The notes beneath the pieces are model-generated. The model was not told where the DNA came from and made no database searches. It saw only the letters and a program-made list of their open reading frames with translations. From positions 30,325,643 through 30,389,642 of the forward strand of contig JARFYF010000012.1 in the NCBI GenBank assembly GCA_030265395.1: 64,000 bases of DNA, in the 5' to 3' direction. The translations under genes were made by a program, and so were the position numbers. Every line of letters starts with the position of its first letter. Within the stretch, counting starts at the first letter, position 1. Shown piece by piece: positions 56,771 to 64,000 of the stretch. The stretch is from Rhina ancylostomus (Eukaryota).

Positions 56771-58585
56771 ACTCTCATTCTCACTCTCGTTGACCTTGTT
56801 GCAATTGGAACTCTTCTGTATCCCCAGGAATCCCTCAAACTCATTCTTTCCCATTATCTCAAAGGATAAAATTCTTTACTTTTACCTTCCTGCAAAAATG
56901 TTCATGCATTTAAACTTATAGTTTTGTGCCATCAAACCTAATCACTGCTTTCTTGAGTAAAACTCACTTTGGCCAATTTCCCTCAATCTGTTGCTCCTTT
57001 CTCTCTTGAATTCAATTTCCATTACACTAAAGCCAATTGAAGCTTAGTGTATATAGGTTTTATAACACATGGTGTATTTAATGGTTTATGTACATCAATA
57101 ATTCTCTTTTCTCCTAGAGGTTGCAAGTATCAACCTTGAAAAGCTGTTTTTCCCCATATATGTACAAAGCATTAGAAATAAATATAGGTTTGGTGGTTAA
57201 GTGTTTAATGTCTTGTTATGATATATGTCATTTTTGCAAGGGCTGTTAGAATCAACTGATTTTTTTAAAAAAACTATGGTAGGAAGCAAGACATGGTCAC
57301 AACCAATACGGGCTGCTTGAAAAATGAATAACAGTAATGCTCTAAGTAGAAATGAGGAGTGGTTGACGTGTTGAATCATTGCAACAAACACGTGGATAAA
57401 TGCAGAAGATCCCAAGGTAACTAATATTGCATGGGGGCAGGAATACAAGTAAAAGTAGAAATGACAAGTGACAAGTCCCTAGGATACAGAGGGGGAAAAG
57501 TGTAGAAACTTGTAAAGGATATTTAGGATAATCGCGCCAATAGAATAGAAATGACGACGGAGAAAGACGAGAGGCCAGTTTGTCCGCTGAATCAATTATG
57601 CTGCACATTGGGTATTCGAGCAGTGGGAGGCGAGTGGTGGAGAGGGATTTGCTGATCCTGTGCAAGTTTGAATATAGATAGATCTTCCACTGCATTAAGA
57701 TCATCCTAAAACTAATTTGAATTTTTTTGAAGTGTATTAAAATGTAGGAAATGTGGCAGCCAACTTTAAGCAAAGCAAGTTCCTGCAAACAGTAATGTGG
57801 TAATGAACAGACACTCTGTTACAGTGATGTTGATTGACCCAAGTAGGAGACCTGCTCTGGTTTTCGAAGCAGAACTGGGTACAAAGCAGAGATTTAGCTT
57901 CATTGGATTCATGTGGTGAAGCCGTTATGGTGAAGTTTAGTGTTCAGCCTACATCATGAATTTAATTATTTTTTAAAAACTCAGATCGAAATGTTCGATT
58001 CTCAGCGGCCGAGGAAATGGGAGGTGCACGGTGCCGTACAATCCCTCGCTTCCATTACTCGCGATTGCATTCACATCAGCGTGTCAGGTGTCAATCTGAA
58101 CAGCCGCCACTTGGAGAATTCGCCCTTTCTTCCGCCGAGGTGCGAACTCCCTGCTCTCTGGGACAATGTAGCGAATCCCCCTCAACGTCACCCAGCCAGA
58201 GTTAGCGAGTCCGTTGACGGAGGCCGAGCTTCTTGTGGCATTTAATTATCTAGGCGGGCAATTGAATGGCCAAGGCATAGAATGGCCCACTGGCCAAGGC
58301 CATTGTGATGAATGAGGTTGGTATGGATGCGGACTTGTTCCCTCGCTGCCTCTGGTTTCCCAGTGAATGCCCACTGATAAGAATCGTTAAAGACATTCCC
58401 GTATTTGACACACATTCACCAGCTTAAAAATGAACCTACTGGGTCTGGTGTCCGGATTGCCGAGGTTCTGGGTTTAAAACGGCTTAATCGTTCCCGGGTT
58501 TGCTGGCGTGCCTGCGGTGGAATTGTGGCAGCTTGCTCCTTCCACCCGTCAGTGACTCACCTCAACACGTCTGTTCTCTCTTCAG

Positions 58586-59194
58586 GAATCTGCGGTTGAG
58601 CTGATCTTCGCCGCGTTCTCCACCACGGCGAGTGCCAGCACATCGCTGGTGCTGCTGCTCCTGCAGCACTCCCACGTCCTGCAGAAGGCGAGGCAGGAGC
58701 TCCAGCAGCACCGGCTGATCCCCAGTTGCCAATGCAACTGGCTCGTTGCCACCCGGGATAGAACCGGCGGCCAGATAAACAAGCTGGCTTTCCCCGAAAA
58801 CCCAAACCGGGTGAGCGAGTCCATGCAAAGGTGCGAGCGGCTGGTTGCCCGGGACAGTTTAGCCGGGGACAGCAGTTGCCGTCAGTCCGTTACTCTCGTG
58901 GATAAGGAGTGGCTGCAGATCGGCGCCCACCAAGGTCGTCCCGGCCAGGACAAGGAACACTTTCAGCCCTTCCCCTTTCGGAATAGTGTGTGTCGGGAAG
59001 TCGAGTGTCCCGAGGGGACGGCGGCGGAGAGTGAGAGGGGACTGCTGTGCGGGGACTGCGACTGCCGGCGCTCCCTGAGTCTGGAGGTCCTGGGACGTCT
59101 GCGTTATCTCGACTGTGTGGTGAAGGAGGTGCTCAGGTTGCTTCCCCCCGTGTCCGGGGGCTACAGGACAGCGCTGCAGACCTTTGAACTGAAT
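58586..59194 (+). CDS. CYP26C1: CYP26C1 coding exon 5 (I-helix, J-K insertion, ExxR motif)
   Basis: ctctcttcag acceptor; ESAVELIFAAFSTTASASTSLVLLLLQH...LRYLDCVVKEVLRLLPPVSGGYRTALQTFELN; AAT|gtaagt donor; 609 nt with no stop. ESAVEL and KEVLRLLPPVSGG are C1-type. Final exon not found in the window. Confidence 0.94.
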
Positions 59195-59577
59195 GTAAGT
59201 GAACTTCCCGCCGGGAAGAGGCACTCGTTTCTAGATTCTGCATAGAGGTGACCATTCACCCACCGTGGGTGTGCCCACTTTGCCAGCGACTCATCTCATT
59301 TGGTCCCTTTCCCCACAGTCTTGCAAACAATCTTTCTAGTATTCATCTTATGGCCTTCCAAAAGTTACTAAAACTGCATCTGTCAAGCTTTCTGGTGGTG
59401 CATTCCAGATTATAACAATTCCCTGGTTTATAACAGTCCATCGTTAGTCAATTACTTTATCTGTGGTTCCCCAATTTGCCAGCATTTTTGTTTGTAAACT
59501 CGCTGCACTAGCCGGTTGTGGGCTTGATATCATCCAGTTCAACATAATTCTGTTTCCAATAGCCGGGTAATTTTAAT

Positions 59578-59995
59578 CTCTGTAATTTAAACTGCATTGG
59601 CTGTTCTGAGACGTCTCCACCCGCCTTCAATAAATGAAGGCAGATTGCATTGGACTGGAGGTGCGAACAGTGGGCTCCACAATAAAGTGAAATGCTAACT
59701 GAGCCTTGTGCGGCGTTTGATGAGCTGGATGGGGCTAAAATGAACAGCGATAATGAACAGTTAAAACACTCCAGTCTGCTCCAGATACCTGGCACTCAAG
59801 CATGGGAATGGAGTGTGTCTCCTCTGTTTAAATACGGGAACAAATAAATTTAAGAGTTTACACTAATAAATATCAAACACCACACAAGGCTCACTTAGCA
59901 TTTCATTTTATTGTGGAGTCCAATGGAATCTGCCTTCATTTATTGAAGGTGGGTGGAGATCTCTCAGAATAGCCAATGCATTTTAAATTACAGAG
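59578..59995. repeat. Long inverted repeat (fold-back/MITE-like) in CYP26C1 intron 5
   Basis: Arm 59578-59721 is the reverse complement of 59872-59995 apart from about 10 substitutions and one ~20-nt indel; ~150-nt spacer. Confidence 0.9.
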
Positions 59996-60919
59996 GTCAA
60001 TTCTTTTAGGGCATTAGATCGCAAGGTGCATGAAAGTTGGAGGGGGGGAGGGGAACCCAGCGAAAATAAATCTTCGGTTTGGACCGAGGTCTTTAAAGAC
60101 AGTGAAATATTTCCCAGTATTTCATTGTACATGGTGACTTGGAGGTGCAGATGTAATTAGAATTGCATTCCCACGTGCACACATTCATAGGGCGCCTGGC
60201 CCACTGGTTAAAGAATAATTGTCGACCAAAACACACGAACTCCCTTGCTTATAGAAGCAGTGCAAACTTTGCACCTGGCCAGACCTCTTCTAATGAGACT
60301 ACAAGGAGTGGAGGAGAGTCCGCCGTGGGAGTATCCTGGTGGTGCTCACAACAGCTCTCAATCCCCAGGCAGTCTACATGTTAAAGAGTTTAAAACTTGG
60401 TAAATCTCCTGTAATGAACCCCTAGATAAGATACCAGGGGTTCATTATAGAAGTTCCCAGTGCACTATTAATGTTAACCTACGCCCAACTCCTTGAACCA
60501 AAATTTTAAAAAAAGATTGTTATTGCCAAAAAACTGAAATAAAAGCAGAGATATCTGGAAATACTGAGTTCTGACAAAACTTTATCCACCCAATATATTA
60601 ACTTCAGATGCTGCTTGACCTGCTGAGTATTTCTCCTTAATAGGATCTGGGCTTGTAGAGATGTTATTGTGGTTCAACCCCATATCTTTATAAACCATTC
60701 AAGTCAAAGTAATAGGTAAGGTCTTTCTACTGATCAGCAGGGAAATATTTTGATTGGCAAAGTCTAAAACCAGCCGAATTTTTGTGCCTGCAGGGAATCA
60801 CTGATCCTCGGCTCTGCGGACCCGTGTCCTAGCTGCTTGGGCTCTATAGGTAGGATACAAATGTGTGAGGAGAAGATGCGCAGCCAATCAAAACCGATCA
60901 CTGGCTCTAGAGATTGTGA

Positions 60920-62670
60920 TCATAATAAGCAATAAGCAGAAGTATATAGCCTTAGATGCTTTTCCAAAATTCAATAAGATCATGTGTGGTTATTCCACCT
61001 TTCTATCTCACTGAATGCCCACATCCCTTGATTACCAGTTGATCTCAGTTGTAAATATGCTTAATGAGTTAGCACCCACAGCTTTCCCGGGTAGAGAATT
61101 CCAAAGATTTATAGCCAATCTGAGTAAAAAATTTTCTCGGCATCATATGTTTTCAATTAGACTACCTCTCATGCTTCTAAACTTCAGTGAGAATAGACGA
61201 GGCATATTCAACCTCTGCTCAAAAGATAATCCCGTCTTGACAGAAATCAATCTAACAAATCTACATAGTACCAGCTCCAGGGCAAATGCATTCTATTCAC
61301 TAATTCCTCCTTACAAAGTGAAACACTTCATTTCTAACATTATAATGTTTGCCACTATTACGCCCACGCAATTGACTCCAATATGCCTTTGCAAACTCCC
61401 TGTATCTTTCTTGCAGCTCACATTCCCACCTTGTTTTGCATCATCTGCAAAGTCAGATGTATTGTTTTCTCACCTTTGTTACTAATATAGATTGTAACTG
61501 GCTGAAGCTCAGTACTGATCTATGTGCAACTCAGGACCCATTTATTCTTGCTGTTTTCAGCCAAATCAATTCTGCATTCTCATATTATATCCTCCTCTCC
61601 ATCTTAGTGTTATTTGCAAAATCATATATACTACATCACTGGTTTACCTCAGCTATCCAGTTAGTTAGATATTCAACAAAACTGTTAAATTTATCAAATT
61701 AATTTTCCCTTTTTATAAAGCTACATTCACTCTGGCGAGACTGCTTGGGGGTGGAGATGTCTGGTTTCCATATCTCTGATTTCTGGATCAAAGTAAAGTA
61801 TCACTCCACTTCCCAGCCAAGTTCACCTGCCTGTTATATGCCAGGGAATTTTCCATTTTCAAAAGCATGAACTCCTTGAGCCACTGGACCACCTGTCACC
61901 CTTTGCTCAGATGAAATCTGTTTTCTGCTAGTGTACTGCCCAATATGTACATTGAATTAAGTGCAATATGATTTTAAAATGGCTGTTCATCCTCATGTGA
62001 TTACAGGTATGGTACTTGAAATCCATTAAGCAGATCCATTCACTGTTTCACATCATACTTTGTCATTGTCAAAAAAGCCCCATAATTAGTTCCCCCTCCT
62101 TTGTAATAATGGTTCAGTTGTAGTTGCAGTAAGGATATAAAATACAAATAGGCATAGGGTCCCTTTAAGCCATCTCCACAATTCAATGGAACCTTGGTCT
62201 CCTTCACTTTCTTCATCAATTCCCTGTTTCATTAGTATCAAAAGCTCTCAAACTCAGTCTTGGATATACCCACTGAGCTGTGGCTGCCCAGTCTTTGAGT
62301 TAGAAAATTCCAATGATCTACACCCCTCTGCATAAAGAAGTTTCCCCTCCTTATTTCCAAGTGACTAACCTCTTATCCTGAATATATATCGTCTTAGATT
62401 CACCAGCAAGAGGAAGCAAACTCTCAACATTTTCCCTACCATCCCCCTTGTGTTTCAATGAGATCACCTCTTACTCCAATCTCATTGGATGACCCTCACT
62501 AACCTAGAATGTATCTATTGCATTAAGGTTGCACTGACTCCATTGGTAACAATATCCTTTGGGAATAGAACCCGAAACTGGTCACAGTATTCCAAATGTG
62601 ATCGCACCAAAGTTCTCTCTGGTCTCAAGAAGATTTTAAAAAAACTTTTACAAGCCAAACCCCTTGCAAT
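60920..62670 (-). mobile_element. Two decayed CR1 LINE 3' fragments (about 60920-61740 and 62140-62670)
   Basis: ggtagagaattccaaagatt and ttagaaaattccaatgatct CR1 3' motifs; minus strand RTLVRSHLEYCDQF. Confidence 0.6.
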
Positions 62671-62764
62671 TACTAAAAACAAAATTTGGGAATTTCTCAG
62701 CAGATTAACTATCATCTGTGGAAAGAGAAATAGAGTTAATGTCTCAGGTCATGGAACCTTCCAA

Positions 62765-63652
62765 TCTCCCTCCCCACTGATGACCCTCCCAGGATTTATC
62801 CCTGCATCCAGGCAAAGTGCTGCACCTGTCCCTACACCACCTCCCTCACCACCATTCAGGCCCCTAGACAATCCTTCCAGGTGAGGCAGCACTTTGCCTG
62901 TGAATCAGAGGGCGCCATTTATTACACTTGCTGTTCCCGGTGTGGCTGCCCCTACATTAGTGAGAGCTGACACAGATTGGGGATCACTCCATTGAACACC
63001 TTTGATCCATACCCCACAACAGCCTGGGTCTCCCAGTGGCCAGCCACTTCATTTCCACTTCCCATTCCCATACTGACATGTCTATCCATGGCCTCTTCTG
63101 CTCATCAGGACTGGAAAGGCTGGTGCAGATTGGAGGACCAACACCTCATATTCCATCTTGGTAGTCTCCAACCTGACAGCATCAATGTCGATTTCTCTAA
63201 CTTCCAGTAACCCCTCCCCTCTGTTTCTCCCCCTTTTTTCCCCTTCCCCTTTGTTTTTCCTCAGTCCTGTGGCCCCCTCATCCCTTCTCTTTTCCCTGTC
63301 CTGCTCCCATGCCTGGCCCATCACCTCCCTTCTATTCCCCACCTCCTTCCTTTTATTCCTCGGCCCACTGCCCTCTCCTACCAGATTCCTCATTCAGCCC
63401 TTTGCCTCTTCTACCTACCACTTCTCAGCTTCTTGCATCACTCCCTTTCATCCCCCCCCCTGCACCCACCTCCCCCTCTCAGCTGGACTCACCTATCACC
63501 TGCCAGCCTGTGCTCCTCCCCTTCCCTTTTTACTCTGGCTTCTGCCGTCTTCCAGTCCTGATGAAGGGTCTTGACCAGAAACGTCAACTGTTCATTTCCC
63601 TCCCTTAGATGCTGCCTGGTTGCTGAATTCCTCCAGCATTTTGTGTGTGTTG
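62765..63652 (+). mobile_element. 5'-truncated Penelope-like element (GIY-YIG remnant plus hammerhead-bearing terminal repeat)
   Basis: FQVRQHFACESEGAIYYTCCSRCGCPYISES*HRLG and RLEDQHLIFHLGSLQPDSINVDFSNF match the PLE GIY-YIG domain; flanked by direct repeat GAACCTTCCAA at 62754-62764 and 63656-63666. Confidence 0.88.
63553..63590 (+). ncRNA. Minimal type I hammerhead ribozyme motif (slightly degenerate)
   Basis: cagtc-CTGATGA-agggtcttgacca-GAAAC-GTC-aactg: core boxes, stem II, palindromic ACGT stem III, GUC cleavage triplet; mismatches at the stem I and stem II closing pairs. Confidence 0.7.
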
Positions 63653-63689
63653 ATAGAACCTTCCAACTTGGGTGGAAATTTTATAGAGC

Positions 63690-63995
63690 CATAGAATTGT
63701 ACAGCATAGAAACAGACCCTTTGATCCAATTTTCAGACTGATCATCAAGCACCTATTTACACTAATCCCATTTTATTCTCCCCACATTCCCTTCAACTCC
63801 CCACAAATTCTATAACCTACCACATTCTAGGGGCAATTTACAATGGCAAGTTTACCTACCAGCACATCTTTGGGATGTGGGAGGAAACCAAAGCGTGCAG
63901 ATAAAACAGTTACAGCGAGAGTGTGCAAGCTCCACCTAGGTGGCACTGAATTAAACTCTGGGTCACTGAGGCTGCAAGGCAGCACGTCAACTATT
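63690..63995 (-). mobile_element. tRNA-derived V-SINE (HE1-like)
   Basis: catagaattgtacagcatagaaacagaccctt tail and tctttgggatgtgggaggaaacc...gtgcaagctccac core in reverse orientation. Confidence 0.78.
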
Positions 63996-64000
63996 TCCCT

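Noticed and set aside
43039-59194. Assignment as CYP26A1 or CYP26B1, or as a pseudogene
   Set aside because: C1-type residues (GETLHW, ESAVEL, KEVLRLLPPVSGG), B1/C1 exon layout and position directly after EXOC6; all visible exons are open, and missing parts are explained by a gap and the window end.
63158-63608. Pro/Ser/Leu-rich ORFs
   Set aside because: Low-complexity pyrimidine tract of the Penelope 3' region.

Overview
Vertebrate genomic DNA, almost certainly a cartilaginous fish (shark/ray-type V-SINE/HE1-like SINEs, CR1, RTE and Penelope-like repeats), with several N gaps. Two + strand genes in the conserved EXOC6-CYP26C1 order: the last two coding exons of EXOC6 (23944-24056, 33669-33801) and coding exons 1-5 of the retinoic-acid hydroxylase CYP26C1 (43039-59194; exon 3 partly in a gap, heme-ligand exon 6 beyond the window). 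Most ORF-track entries are spurious or transposon debris. Most notable: (1) CYP26C1 exon 5 is 609 nt and carries a ~109-aa Cys-rich open insertion between helices J and K, where CYP26A1 has an intron, with a possible in-frame 156-nt exitron; (2) CYP26C1 intron 2 uses a GC donor; (3) a CpG-rich ~0.92 kb solo-LTR-like element with TATA, stem-loop, splice donor and polyA signal lies in sense orientation in intron 4; (4) Penelope-derived hammerhead motifs, three sharing a variant core; (5) a long fold-back in intron 5 with one-sided CpG decay. Comparisons with other species are from recalled knowledge, not searches; repeat boundaries are approximate.
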